This document shows positions 24,366-36,550 of a stretch of 47,304 bases of DNA, in pieces. Source of the stretch: Octopus bimaculoides (Eukaryota). The stretch is taken from assembly GCF_001194135.2 (NCBI RefSeq), contig NC_068984.1, forward strand, positions 40,684,450 to 40,731,753, written 5' to 3'. Below the pieces are notes generated by a model. It saw only the letters and a program-made list of their open reading frames with translations, was not told where the DNA came from and did no database searches. Each line of letters opens with the position of its first letter. Position 1 is the first letter of the stretch. The position numbers and the translations under genes are program-made.

Positions 24366-24671
24366 NNNNNNNNNNNNNNNNNNNNNNNNNNNNNNNNNNN
24401 NNNNNNNNNNNNNNNNNNNNNNNNNNNNNNNNNNNNNNNNNNNNNNNNNNNNNNNNNNNNNNNNNNNNNNNNNNNNNNNNNNNNNNNNNNNNNNNNNNNN
24501 NNNNNNNNNNNNNNNNNNNNNNNNNNNNNNNNNNNNNNNNNNNNNNNNNNNNNNNNNNNNNNNNNNNNNNNNNNNNNNNNNNNNNNNNNNNNNNNNNNNN
24601 NNNNNNNNNNNNNNNNNNNNNNNNNNNNNNNNNNNNNNNNNNNNNNNNNNNNNNNNNNNNNNNNNNNNNNN

Positions 24672-24708
<37 letters not shown>

Positions 24709-24936
24709 CATACATATATATATATATGTGTATGTATGTATATATATGTGTGTGTGTGTGTGCGTGTATCGATATATGTATATATATGTACACACACACA
24801 CTCACACACACACGCACACATATATATATACGCGCATATATACATACATGTGTGTGCATACGTACATGTGTTCATGTGTATACTTACATACATGCACGCA
24901 CACACAAATGCACCTCATCCAATTTTAATATATCAA

Positions 24937-25158
24937 CTGTAGTGGCTGTGTGGTAAGAAGCTTGCTTACGAACCACAAGGTTCCGGGTTCAGTCCCACTG
25001 CGTGGCACNNNNNNNNNNNNNNNNNNNNNNNNNNNNNNNNNNNNNNNNNNNNNNNNNNNNNNNNNNNNNNNNNNNNNNNNNNNNNNNNNNNNNNNNNNNN
25101 NNNNNNNNGGCCGCAGTCAAATGACTGAAACAAGTAAAAGAGTAAAAGAGTAATAGAG
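24937..25158 (+). mobile_element. SINE family C, middle in gap
   Basis: Head GTAGTGGCTGTGTGGTAAG..GGTTCAGTCCC. Tail CAGTCAAATGACTG-AAACAAG(TAAAAGAG)n. Confidence 0.92.
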
Positions 25159-25339
25159 TAAAAGAGTGTACGCTTTTGTATTGAGTTCTCTTTCCTAGGT
25201 GAAAAAGTGAACATCCCCATAAATATATATATATACATACACACAATCTCTCTCTCTATATATATATATGTACGTATACGCACACATATATTTACATACA
25301 TACATACATACATGTATATATATATATACATATATATCT

Positions 25340-25725
25340 TTGATCATTTTCTTGTTTCGGCCAATAGACTGCGACTATGTGGGCACCATCTTTAAGTGTT
25401 TAGTTGAAGAAATCGATCTCAGCCTTTATTTTTTTAAGCATGGGATTTGCTTCGGCATCTTTTTGCCGAACCGCTAGGTTTAGAGGACATAAACAAAGCA
25501 GCACCGGTTCACAAGTGGGACAGGGTATAAGCACAAACAGACACACACATATGTGCATGCTCGCGCGCGCGCGTTCATCTCCCTAAACCATGCTTCTCAA
25601 CCACATGGTTCTGAATTTAGTTTTAGAACAAGAAACCTGTAGCAAGTCTCTTCTACTATAGCCCTGGACTGACCAAAACCTTGTGGTACACAAAAACTGT
25701 AAGAAGCTTGTCGTATATATATATA
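25340..25725. mobile_element. Two degenerate SINE C halves: 3' half on - (25340-25535) and 5' half on + (25582-25725)
   Basis: Alignment to 34736-35151. Confidence 0.7.
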
Positions 25726-25914
25726 TATATATACCTACATATNNNNNNNNNNNNNNNNNNNNNNNNNNNNNNNNNNNNNNNNNNNNNNNNNNNNNNNNNN
25801 NNNNNNNNNNNNNNNNNNNNNNNNNNNNNNNNNNNNNNNNNNNNNNNNNNNNNNNNNNNNNNNNNNNNNNNNNNNNNNNNNNNNNNNNNNNNNNNNNNNN
25901 NNNNNNNATATATA

Positions 25915-26307
25915 TATCTTAATCCTTTTTGCCCCTTGTGGTCATTGTCGTGTTTCTTGGCTGCTTCCCATGTCAGGCCGGTGGTCCTGAGCTCGTCCAA
26001 AATACTCCGCTTCCATGTCTGCTTCGGGCGTCCACGCTTCCTTTTTCCAAGCGGGTTCCAGTCAAATGCTTGTCGTGTCACATTTGAGGGTTCTTTCCGC
26101 AGTGTGTGTCCGATCCATCTCCATTTCCTTCGTCTAATCTGAACATGTATGGGCTCCTGGTTGGCCCTTTCCCACAGGTCTGTATTTGGTACTCTGTCGA
26201 ACTACTTCAGATGGAGGATCTGCCGGAGACATTTGTTGATGGTCTGCATCCTCTTGTAGTTGCTGCAGGTGGCTCTCCATGTTTCAGAGCCATACAAAAG
26301 TACAGTA

Positions 26308-26310
<3 letters not shown>
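25915..26310 (-). mobile_element. RTE-clade LINE 3' fragment (RT C-terminal region and 3' end)
   Basis: TVLLYGSETW..INKCLRQIL..DLWERANQEPIHVQIRRRKWRWIGHTLRK..WNPLGKRKRGRPKQTW, diagnostic RTE motifs. Contains a stop and a frameshift. Confidence 0.92.
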
Positions 26311-26362
<52 letters not shown>

Positions 26363-26364
26363 GC

Positions 26365-27038
26365 TGTTATAATCCTTAAGAATGCTAGATTGTTATAACA
26401 CCCACTTCGGTATACAGTATACTTAGTAAAACCAGTACAGACACGACCATCTCTGACCACCCATAACGTACTCTGGTACTTCTCGTATTTCTCTTTTCTT
26501 ATAGTGACTAGGTTATTCCATTCTTCATGTGGGTGGGGTGTACCATTATTACTAATCCCCTACAACATCTCCTGTTTTAGGTTTTTGCTAGGAAGTGTCA
26601 CTTTATTTAGCAGTAATTTTTCTATTCAGCCCATTGCCCTTTTTTGAATTTTTTCGTACAATTTAATATCTTTTGTGCTTGGCATCTATTTTCAGGAACT
26701 CTGTATGTTTTCTTTTCCTCTCATTTGTACACCTGCAGTGGTGTTGGTACTTGGAACGTAGAATACAACCATTCCATCGGTTTCTCCAACTTCTTTGGTT
26801 CGCTTTCCTCGAATCGTTTTTTCAGTTGGTCTTTGTGCCTCTTTTGTATGCCTTTTCTACTTTCTACCCAATACATCATTTTACCTATGCATTTGGTAAT
26901 TACGCCATCTTCCCAGCCCTGCTTTCCATTCTTGTATCCCCTCATATACACCTTTTCACTAATTTTAAAGAATCTTGTTATGTCTTCCCTGGCACTTTTT
27001 CTTTTCTTGCCAGGTAGCAATTTATCAAAGACTGATAT
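26365..27038 (-). mobile_element. Ty3/Gypsy (K02A2.6-like) LTR retrotransposon 3' end: integrase C-terminus, PPT, candidate 3' LTR
   Basis: SVFDKLLP..KVYMRGYKNGKQGWEDGVITKCIGKMMYWV..KRHKDQLKKR matches the post-integrase SH3-like region. Purine tract AAAACAGGAGA is followed by TGTTGTA at 26567. Matching TATAACA end at 26365 (alternative 26391). Confidence 0.75.
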
Positions 27039-27040
27039 CT

Positions 27041-27110
27041 GATATCTAGATATGAAATTTGGATTAGAAAAATGTGCCAAAGTAACCCTTAAAAGAGGAA
27101 AACTAGTTAA
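27041..27110 (+). mobile_element. Short R4/Dong-type RT fragment
   Basis: DMKFGLEKCAKVTLKRGKLV matches the recalled R4/Dong RT motif DIxMxFGLDKCAxxxxKRGK. Confidence 0.7.
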
Positions 27111-27120
27111 TAGTAGCATA

Positions 27121-27181
<61 letters not shown>

Positions 27182-27296
27182 CATTATTATTAGTTGTAGT
27201 AGTAGTAATAGTAGTAGTAGTACATGTGCCAAGTATACTGGGCTTCGCATATTTTATCCCAGTGTCACTTTGATCGCATGCACTGCTATTACACTC

Positions 27297-27354
<58 letters not shown>

Positions 27355-27398
27355 TTAATAATATTACTGCTGATGTTGCTAACACCACCTCCAACACC

Positions 27399-28385
27399 NN
27401 NNNNNNNNNNNNNNNNNNNNNNNNNNNNNNNNNNNNNNNNNNNNNNNNNNNNNNNNNNNNNNNNNNNNNNNNNNNNNNNNNNNNNNNNNNNNNNNNNNNN
27501 NNNNNNNNNNNNNNNNNNNNNNNNNNNNNNNNNNNNNNNNNNNNNNNNNNNNNNNNNNNNNNNNNNNNNNNNNNNNNNNNNNNNNNNNNNNNNNNNNNNN
27601 NNNNNNNNNNNNNNNNNNNNNNNNNNNNNNNNNNNNNNNNNNNNNNNNNNNNNNNNNNNNNNNNNNNNNNNNNNNNNNNNNNNNNNNNNNNNNNNNNNNN
27701 NNNNNNNNNNNNNNNNNNNNNNNNNNNNNNNNNNNNNNNNNNNNNNNNNNNNNNNNNNNNNNNNNNNNNNNNNNNNNNNNNNNNNNNNNNNNNNNNNNNN
27801 NNNNNNNNNNNNNNNNNNNNNNNNNNNNNNNNNNNNNNNNNNNNNNNNNNNNNNNNNNNNNNNNNNNNNNNNNNNNNNNNNNNNNNNNNNNNNNNNNNNN
27901 NNNNNNNNNNNNNNNNNNNNNNNNNNNNNNNNNNNNNNNNNNNNNNNNNNNNNNNNNNNNNNNNNNNNNNNNNNNNNNNNNNNNNNNNNNNNNNNNNNNN
28001 NNNNNNNNNNNNNNNNNNNNNNNNNNNNNNNNNNNNNNNNNNNNNNNNNNNNNNNNNNNNNNNNNNNNNNNNNNNNNNNNNNNNNNNNNNNNNNNNNNNN
28101 NNNNNNNNNNNNNNNNNNNNNNNNNNNNNNNNNNNNNNNNNNNNNNNNNNNNNNNNNNNNNNNNNNNNNNNNNNNNNNNNNNNNNNNNNNNNNNNNNNNN
28201 NNNNNNNNNNNNNNNNNNNNNNNNNNNNNNNNNNNNNNNNNNNNNNNNNNNNNNNNNNNNNNNNNNNNNNNNNNNNNNNNNNNNNNNNNNNNNNNNNNNN
28301 NNNNNNNNNNNNNNNNNNNNNNNNNNNNNNNNNNNNNNNNNNNNNNNNNNNNNNNNNNNNNNNNNNNNNNNNNNNNNNNNNNNNN
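27399..28385. other. Largest assembly gap; others at about 6306-6592, 8197-8659, 11129-11727, 21025-21456, 22051-22714, 24366-24671, 25009-25108, 25743-25908
   Basis: N runs, nearly all flanked by microsatellites. Confidence 0.98.
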
Positions 28386-28742
28386 GTCGAGTAGCCCATC
28401 CTGCTCAAAAAGTCCCTGAATAAGGTTTGTTTAAGGATGTTGAGCAAAACACCCATGTTTCCAAAGGTGAATTATTCAAACCCCAAAGAATTCCTCTCAA
28501 CACGTGGCTATGATGCTCCCCCACTACTTCTGCTCATGATCAGAGATGCACATATCGTCAGCCACCAAGGGACATGCTCAACTGGTTATGGACAAACAAC
28601 TGACTAGCAAATCTGTGGTATTAAGCAGAATATTTGCTGTAGCCCATCTTTTATACCAAGACAAAACGATGTACATGATAACACTTCCAATCAATTAAGA
28701 TCAGAAGCCACGAGAGCCACTGCCTGGTACTGTATCTGGGCA
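28386..28742. repeat. Probable unclassified interspersed repeat
   Basis: Higher-GC block bounded by a gap and (ATC/ATT)n. Recalled as an abundant octopus repeat, but only one copy is present here. Confidence 0.35.
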
Positions 28743-28786
28743 TTTATCATTATTATTATTATCATCATCATCATCATTATTATTAT

Positions 28787-28972
28787 CGTTAGCACACTGG
28801 GAGAAATGCTTAGCGGTATTTCGTATGCCTTTACACTCTGAGTTCAAATTCCGTCGAGGTCGATTTCATCCTTTCGGGGTCGATAAATTAAGTATCAATT
28901 GAACAATGAGGCCGATGTAATCGACACATCACCTTCCCCAAAAGGGCTCTCCTTGTGGCAAATTTGAAACCA
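28787..28972 (+). mobile_element. SINE family B (B2), flanked by (ATT)n
   Basis: Central domain and GCAAATTTGAAACCATTATT tail. Confidence 0.88.
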
Positions 28973-29599
28973 TTATTGTTATTATTGTTGTTGTAGCAAC
29001 TATAATTCGTGTTTGGAAGGAGTGGACGCCTTACTTGGCTCGTAGGTTTTCTTTTAAATGTGTTGGTATTATTAGTTGGTGTTCCAAATGTTGCTGTACT
29101 GTCAACTAAATAATCCAGCTCACTGCAAGCGGGGAGAGCTGCTCTGGTGAGAAGTCCTTTAAGAGCGAACTGTGATTTTTAAAAATGCAAATTTAATATT
29201 TTGAAATAAATATATTAATATGGCCTCCCAAACTGAGGGAGGCGATAGCTGTTGGAATAGCTGCAATGACATTGTTTTCTTACCACTTGTCAATGTGGTC
29301 GAGAAACGAAGTAATGACAGCAGCAGCAGCAGTATCATCAACAGCAATAACAGTAGCAGCAACACCAGAGGCAGCAGTGACGAGCATGATATATTTACAA
29401 ATGACGCAAGCACGATCTTCACTACCATCTCTAACACCACCACTACCACCATCATTGCCACCACCACCACCATAAACAGTAATGAAACGACAACAACGGC
29501 CGTTCTTTTTAAAGCAGAATGGGGACGATTTCGCACAAGCTTATTGGAAAATGGAAAAAGTCGAATTGACACAAAAGAATGTTGAGCGACGCTAAGCTG

Positions 29600-30900
29600 C
29601 ACTTAACAAAAAAATGGCAGAACAGTCTTCCTTACCACACCGGAAGAAGTGCAAGAAGACACTAAAAAACACAAAAAAACATTATACATAAATGTATATC
29701 ATTAAAGAGGAGGAGACGAAAGCGAACGACGCAGACACAGGTCGAAAAATGCCTGAAACCGGTCTGGATGTAGAAACTTATGTTACCCTAAGACACTTTG
29801 GTACAATTGAAATAAGATTTTCAATTGAATAATTAGCCAAAGAAAATGCCACAACAACCCTTAAAAGTGAAGAATTATGGCTAAATTCGACATACCTCGG
29901 TTGGAGAGTTGTCAAAATAAAGGTAGTAAGAGGCGCCACCAGAAGTGGACATTTCTTTGCTGGTAGCATCCGTAGTATACTGCATAGCGTATAAAATAAA
30001 AAATCTGAAAGTCTACAAATAGGAAAGGAGAATTGGTCAGGTATGCGCATTGAACTAGGGTTACACGCCGATTTGATCAATATCGATTCCATCCCTAACC
30101 TGATCAACCTACCTAATGGAACATAGTTATTTGTAGCAGTAGAGGGCAGAGAGCCGAGATGCCACATTTGTGATGAAACAAATTATTTAAAATCTTCAAG
30201 TCCCATGCAAAGAAAAGGAAAAACACCGCTGCTGCAGACACTTCCAACACAACAACAACAACAACAGTAGCAGTAGCACCACCACCAACAACAACATCAA
30301 CAATATCAGTGCTAAGAGCATCAGTATCCAAAACTAAAACATCATCATCAACAGACAGAGCAGTAGGAGAGGTCCATTCCGCAACATCAGCTGCAAGCAC
30401 CAGTACCATACTCAAGAAAAACTATAACAACATTACACCTTCGCAACCGAGAGAAACCTCACGCACACAAGTCGACCAGACCACCACTTTAGAAATGCAC
30501 GACTATGCAGCCATAGCTCTTTTCGCTGCCACAGATTTTTCCAACTGTGAGAAAAACAGTCTTGCAAACCCAACAGAATGAAATCCGGTGAAAGGAAAAA
30601 GGAAACAAAATTACAAAATGAAAAGCGCAGTACAAGATTAAAACTATTGAGATTAGAGGAGGAGATACAGAAACCAACAAACCACCACACAGCCATGCAT
30701 CCCACACCAATGCAGTTACAAACATTTCCAACACAACAAACACCACCATCATCACAAACACTTCAACAAGCCAAAACCCATAGCAACTCAGACCAGCAAC
30801 ATAAACAGCACTCCCAAGGCATCACAGGTTACGCAGCCAGAGACACAAACGGGAACTTAAAACATTCAAAATTACACAGACATCATTCTGAATGAATCCA
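29600..30900 (+). mobile_element. L1/Tx1-like LINE ORF1 relic
   Basis: GTIEIRFS..STYLGWRVVKIKV..WSGMRIELGLHADLINIDSIPNLINL..FVAVEGREPRCHIC aligns with the ORF1 of the 43050-46330 element (WFGLTVEILLLVKPEDVENISDLIHL). Followed by an A/C-rich low-complexity region. Confidence 0.65.
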
Positions 30901-31199
30901 TCGCACCCCGGCATAACACCTCTTTTCATGTAAAAATGATAAAACCAACACTACCTTATTCATGGCTAATGTTACCAGGATCCATGTATGAGAAACACTG
31001 TTAATAGTTCTAATTAATCCATTCTATGCTCAGACACTCCCCACTTCCGCACTCATGGCTTCATTGATTAATGGTTAGTCTTAAAACAAACGAGCTTTTG
31101 CAGTGTGCCTTTTGTCATTCTGGAAATGTCGTCTCTTCTGGATTATTATTTATTCTTTGCGATACAGCAGCAAAGTCTTTGTAATTATTAGGAAGCGGG

Positions 31200-31796
31200 T
31201 TATGGATCTATAGTTTTATGGGATAGCTGTTTCTTCAGTCATGGTTAGTGCCGTGGGTATGACTTTAAACTGCAACCAGTATCGAGGTCTTGATTCAGGA
31301 GTTCCAGAGTTTGAGGAGTGTAGAGCCACTAGTGTTCCCAGATCTACTCTGACCTAGAGTAGTAAGGTACCCAGCCTCGAGTTCATTAGCAAGTCGGTCG
31401 GACAGATGAAGCTCGTAAGTCTGGGGAGGGTGGATGGAGAAACCTGTCTAAGGGAGGGTAAATCCTAATTTCAAATATCCGCTACCTTGTACCCACATCC
31501 ACATATGTGAAAGGCTTCAGGAGTGAAGCCCGAGGAAGATCAGAAGCCTGAGCCCCTGAGACAGTTCAACGTTGTCTACAACCTCGTTCTGGCAACTCTT
31601 GCGACGATGCTGGTGCCACATTGTAACAGCCGTGCTGTTCCTTTGGATATTTCAGAGTCGTGGAGAGTGGGAACACGCTGCATGAGCAACAACCTGTCTT
31701 CTATACCATACTGCTCTGGTTTGGATCCTATCGAACAACCTACACTGGAGAGACAACTGGGACCTTCCTCCATGTCCGTTAATGACTGACGGAGGC
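31200..31796 (+). mobile_element. RTE (BovB-like) 5' UTR apparently fused to an RTE 3' end; candidate bipartite non-autonomous element
   Basis: GAAAGGCTTCAGGAG..CAACCTCGTTCTGGCAACTC..GCTGGTGCCA..GCTGCATG matches the recalled RTE 5' UTR. Ends CCATGTCC..GACTGACGGAGGC. No ORF. Confidence 0.55.
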
Positions 31797-31799
31797 TTG

Positions 31800-32860
31800 A
31801 GTCATGGTAAAGATTTCTACAAGCACCGTATGTATTCCTGTTGAATATTTTAACCAGGAATTTGAAATCTTACCAACTTCTGGTGTTCTGCAGGTTTCTT
31901 TTTAACGTCTGAACAACGTGTTGTTAGGCATCTCGCAATTGTTGAGGCACTGTGTACATTGTTTTAAACATTCCTATCCATAGAGATTTTTTCCTCTTGA
32001 TTTCTATTGTTTTTAAACAGTTCTTAATAAAATCATTTTGAGTTAGAATCGAAATGTTTTGTTCAAAGTATACTTGGTGCCTATTATATCATCGATTTCT
32101 CGAAGATCTCGTATTAGGTATTCTTTCATTTCGAATATTTCCTTTTTGTTATACTTTTAAAGATTTTGTCTCCCACTTTTTTCAGTTATATCGTTTCGTT
32201 TCTGATTTTAGGTTTAATATATTTTCCCTTTTTATTTACACCGCTTTATGTTTTGTTAGTGATAACTCGTTTGTGTTTTGATATTCCTATATAAGTTGAT
32301 GTGAGAGGATGCCCTTTTTCTTTTGTGGCTTCTGTAGCTGCTACATATATTATTTAATTTAACATGGAGACATTGATGATCATACCTGACTAAATTTTCG
32401 TTTTATACTTGTTGATAATTTAATATTGAGTTTTATCATAAAGAGGTACTTTCGTTGATTCGAAGAAGTATGTTCTATTGTTTTTACATCTCTATTTATT
32501 CATCCATTCCTTAAATTATCATCTTCATGTTTTCCACTATTCGACTTTCTTATACTTTCATATTCCCTTTATTTATATTTACGTTGTTTACTGCTTAGTA
32601 CTAAGAATATGTTCTAAGGTGTCTGTTTTGTTGTTTTGTTATATACTTATCGCACTTAGAAGTGATTTATGTTCGTAACCTTTATTCTATTTTTAGTGTT
32701 TTGTCGCTCATTACTTCTCCTTTTGTTATGTATTCTTTCTGTTGAATATTCTATTTGGAGTTTTGATATTTCTTTAATCTTTTTAAGTAAAACATCGCGT
32801 TGGGAGCCAAAGTTACGTTTATCGCTCAAAATTTTATGCGAGTATATAGTCATAGTTTAT
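31800..32860 (-). mobile_element. Possible second L1/Tx1-like ORF1 relic
   Basis: Degenerate LTSTYIG..KRVIT and LWIGMFK motifs in the same order as in the other ORF1 relics. Strongly A-rich sense strand. Confidence 0.35.
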
Positions 32861-33423
32861 ATTTTTTCTTGAAAGAGAGGGAGGGAGAGAGAGAGAGAGA
32901 GGTTGGCGTGGGGAGAGAGAAGTAGTATGACTGTAAAATATGCATGCGGAATAGAAACGTATGTATCTTGTGTCCATTTTGTGTTATTTGTATTCTATTT
33001 GCAACGCTTGAGAAATGAACTGCGGTCCTTTATTTTTGATCAGCATTATTTTGAACGGGTACTGGTTTATTTGTTAGCGGCGATGACGCTAACTTTCGTA
33101 TCTTTTATCTCTTAGATTCAAAGTGTGCAGTCACCTATTAACCTTGATCTAAATAATACGGTTTTTATGTGTATTGTTTGTCATTTCTTTGTGTAAGGCA
33201 GTAGGAATTAGTCTCTTGTTGATTTGAACCGTGCTCTATATATTGTTGACACGTGGTATAAGATTGCCGACTACACTGAGCAGCCATAACATATTGATAA
33301 TAATCAGGTAAAAATCAATACATTTAACAAGTATTATTAAGTTATATTTCAGCATATCCGTCATTTTTTCTTTTTCTTTTTTTTCTTTTTTTCAATTTCA
33401 TTTGTTGCTCATTAATCAGTAGA

Positions 33424-33786
33424 GGCGCAATGGCCCAGTGGTTAGGGCAGCGGACTCGCGGTCATAGGATAACGGTTTCGATTCCCAGACCGGGCGTTGT
33501 GAGTGTTTATTAAGAGAAAACACCTAAAGCTCCACGAGGCTCCGGCAGGGGATGGTGGTGAACCCTGCTGTACTCTTCCACCACAACTTTCTCTCACTCT
33601 TACTTCCTGTTTCTGTTGTGCCGGTAATTCAAAGGGTCAGCCTTGTCACACTGTGTCACGCTGAATATCCCCGAGAACTACGTTAAGGGTACACGCGTCT
33701 GTGGAGTGCTCAGCCACTTTCACGTTAATTTCACGAGCAGGCTGTTCCGTTGATCGGATCAACTGGACGGAGTGCCAACAACAACA
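33424..33786 (+). mobile_element. SINE family A1 full length with 12-bp TSD
   Basis: A-box TGGCCCAGTGG, B-box GGTTTCGATTCC. TSD TCATTAATCAGT at 33409-33420 and 33787-33798. About 20 nt of the 3' hairpin are deleted. Confidence 0.95.
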
Positions 33787-33854
33787 TCATTAATCAGTTA
33801 TTTCATATTAAGCGTTATTTCATATTAAACGGATCTCGATATTATTATTACAGT

Positions 33855-34222
33855 GAGAGGTTGACGAGTTCAAACTCCACTTGTTTCGATTTTACTATTC
33901 ATCCCTTAGTGTTTGATAAAATACAGTACCAGTCACCTAGTGACGACTGTTTAATAGACTTGTCCTCTCCCCCAAATTTCTACCGTGTATGTATATTAGA
34001 AATAATAATAATTCTTTCTTACATTTCTTATTTTTAGCAAATATGAGGGGTGGAGAAGTCGATTCCATTGACCCCAGTTCTCAACTGGTACTTATTTTAT
34101 CGATCCCGAAAGGATAAAAAGCAAAGTCGACCTCGGCGGAATTTGAACTCAGCATGTAAAGATGGACGAAATTCTGCTATGCATTTTATCCGGTGTACTA
34201 ACGATTCTACCAGCTCGCCGCC
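33855..34222. mobile_element. Two SINE B copies tail-to-tail: degenerate + (33855-34012) and - (34040-34222)
   Basis: Central domain alignment. Confidence 0.8.
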
Positions 34223-34227
34223 TTTAC

Positions 34228-34274
<47 letters not shown>

Positions 34275-34349
34275 TAACTATAATAACAACAATAATAATA
34301 ATAATAATAAAATAATAATAATAATAATAACAACAATAATAAATGATAA

Positions 34350-35248
34350 GGGTATGAACACGAACCAGTGGCTGTGACAGAAAATGAGGACTACAAGATC
34401 TTGTGGGACTTCGCCACAAAGGCTGACTATACGATTGAGGCAAGAAGACCAGGCATGATTAAAGACGACAGAATAAACAGTGAAAGATCGTAAATTTTGC
34501 AATTCCTTATAATAACAGAGTTGATAAGAAAGAAATTGAGAAAATTGAGAAATATCGGGATCTAGCCAGGGAGGCGAGGACATTGTGGAAGACCAAGACA
34601 ATTATTCCTGTAGTAATCGGTGCACTTTGCACAACACTCAAAATGTAACCTAAAAGACTGAAAGAAATTGAAGTTTATGAAGATCGCATTGTCGATCTTC
34701 AGAAAAGTACTATCCTCTATTCTACAAGAATACTACTCTTTTACTTGTTTCAGTCATTTGACTGCGGTCATGCTGGAGCACCGCCTTTAGTCGAGCAAAT
34801 CGACCCCAGGACTTATTCTTTGGAAGCCTAGTACTTATTCTATCGGTCTCTTTTGCCGAACCGCTAAGTTACGGGGACGTAAACACACCACCATCGGTTG
34901 TCAAGCCATGCTGGGGGACAAACACAGACACACAAACACTGACACACAAACACAGACACACACACACACATATATATATACATATATACGACGGGCTTCT
35001 TTCAGTTTCCGTCTACCAAATCCACTCACAAGGCTTTGGTCGGCCCGAGGCTATAGTAGTAGACACTTGCCCAAGGTGCCACGCAGTGGGAATGAACCCG
35101 GAACCATGTGGTTGGTAAGCAAGCTACTTACCATACAGCCACTCCTGCGCCTAAGAAATATTCTTGAAATTTGAGCAGACTCGTTACCAGACTTCAAGAT
35201 AAAATACCGGCTAACTAAATTATCATGCACTCGCGAAATAATAATAAT
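34350..35248 (+). mobile_element. R4/Dong-type LINE 3' fragment (second subfamily), split by SINE C
   Basis: YEHEPVAVTENEDYKILWDF..IEARRP..EKIEKYRDL..IIPVVIGAL..LQKSTILYSTRIL|RNILEI* (stop 35172-35174), short 3' UTR and (AAT)n tail. Confidence 0.9.
34736..35151 (-). mobile_element. SINE family C full length (tRNA head, CORE-like block, internal microsatellite)
   Basis: Head GGCGCAGGAGTGGCTGTATGG, CCTTGGGCAAGTGTC block, internal (TG/TA)n at ~34920-34990, 3' hairpin and AAAAGAG tail. Confidence 0.95.
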
Positions 35249-35778
35249 TGTTGTTGCTGTTATTGTTGTTGTTGTTGTTTTCAGCAGTTTTTAAGAGAGT
35301 TTCTGGTGAATTGTAATGTGCACCTCAATGTTCCTAAGGTATGTGCAGTCTTGTTTATACGGGATGTCGAGTTCTGTATATCAACTATATAAGTTTTGCA
35401 TTGTTGTGGAGTTCGTGTTTTTTTTTAGGTGTTATGTCAATGTTTCTAGAGTGAATTGTGTTAATTTGATGGCGGTGCTTGTGTTTCATTCGTGTTGTGA
35501 TTGGTTGCTATAAGTATATATAATGGAAGTTGCGCAAGTTGGCTGTCTGGCATCGATTATGTAAGTCATAGTTTATTTTTATTTTATTGGGTGGCTGTTC
35601 GTGTCGAGCAGTTTCTCAATAATTTTCTATCTGTGGACCCCCTTTGATTTCTATTTTACTCGGATGGATCCCCATAGCCGTTCAACGTTTAAAAGAATTC
35701 TATATTATATTTGCATAATTAAATATTATTAGGAATTGTATGAGAAATTGTTAAAATATTTTGTGAACTGTAGAAGTA

Positions 35779-36201
35779 TAATCGTCAGCATGCCAGGCAA
35801 AATGCTTAGCAGTATTTCGTCTGCCGTTACGTTCTGAGTTCAAATTCCGCCGAGGTCGATTTTGCCTTTCATCCATTCGGGGTCGATGAACTAAAGACCA
35901 GTGAAACACTGGGGTCGATGTAATCGACTCATCCCCTCCCTCCAAAAATAGTTACTTTAGTTGCAAAATTTGAAACCATTATTATTATTGTTAGTTTTTA
36001 TGCAGAGTCGTTACAACACCGGGCAAAATTATTAGCAGCATTTCGTCCGTCTTTACGTTCTGAGTTCAAATTCCGCCGAGGTCGACTTTGCCTTTCATCC
36101 TTTCAAGGTCGATCAATTAAGTACCAGTGGAACACTAGGGTCGACGTAGTCGACTAGTTCCCTTCCCCTAAATTTTAGGCCTTGTGCGTATAGTAGAAAA
36201 G

Positions 36202-36243
<42 letters not shown>

Positions 36244-36256
36244 GTTGTTGTTGTTG

Positions 36257-36295
<39 letters not shown>

Positions 36296-36513
36296 AAGCA
36301 GCGAGCGGGCAGAATCGTTACAACTCCAGGCGAAATACTTAGCAGTATTTCGTCTGTCGCTACGTCCTTAGTTCAAATTCCGCCGAGGTCGACTTTGCCT
36401 TTCATCCTTTCGAGGGTCGATAAATTAAGTACCAGTTGAACACGGGGGACGATGTAATTGACTCCTCCCCTCCATCAAAATGGCTATACTTGTGGCAAAA
36501 TTTGAAACCATTA

Positions 36514-36550
<37 letters not shown>

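Noticed and set aside
29220-29585. 121-aa Ser/Thr-rich ORF
   Set aside because: Built from AGC/ACC trinucleotide low complexity, with no recognisable domain or convincing splice sites.
33424-33495. tRNA gene
   Set aside because: Only a tRNA-like A/B-box head of a TSD-flanked multicopy SINE, with no closing acceptor stem. The same holds for the B and C heads.
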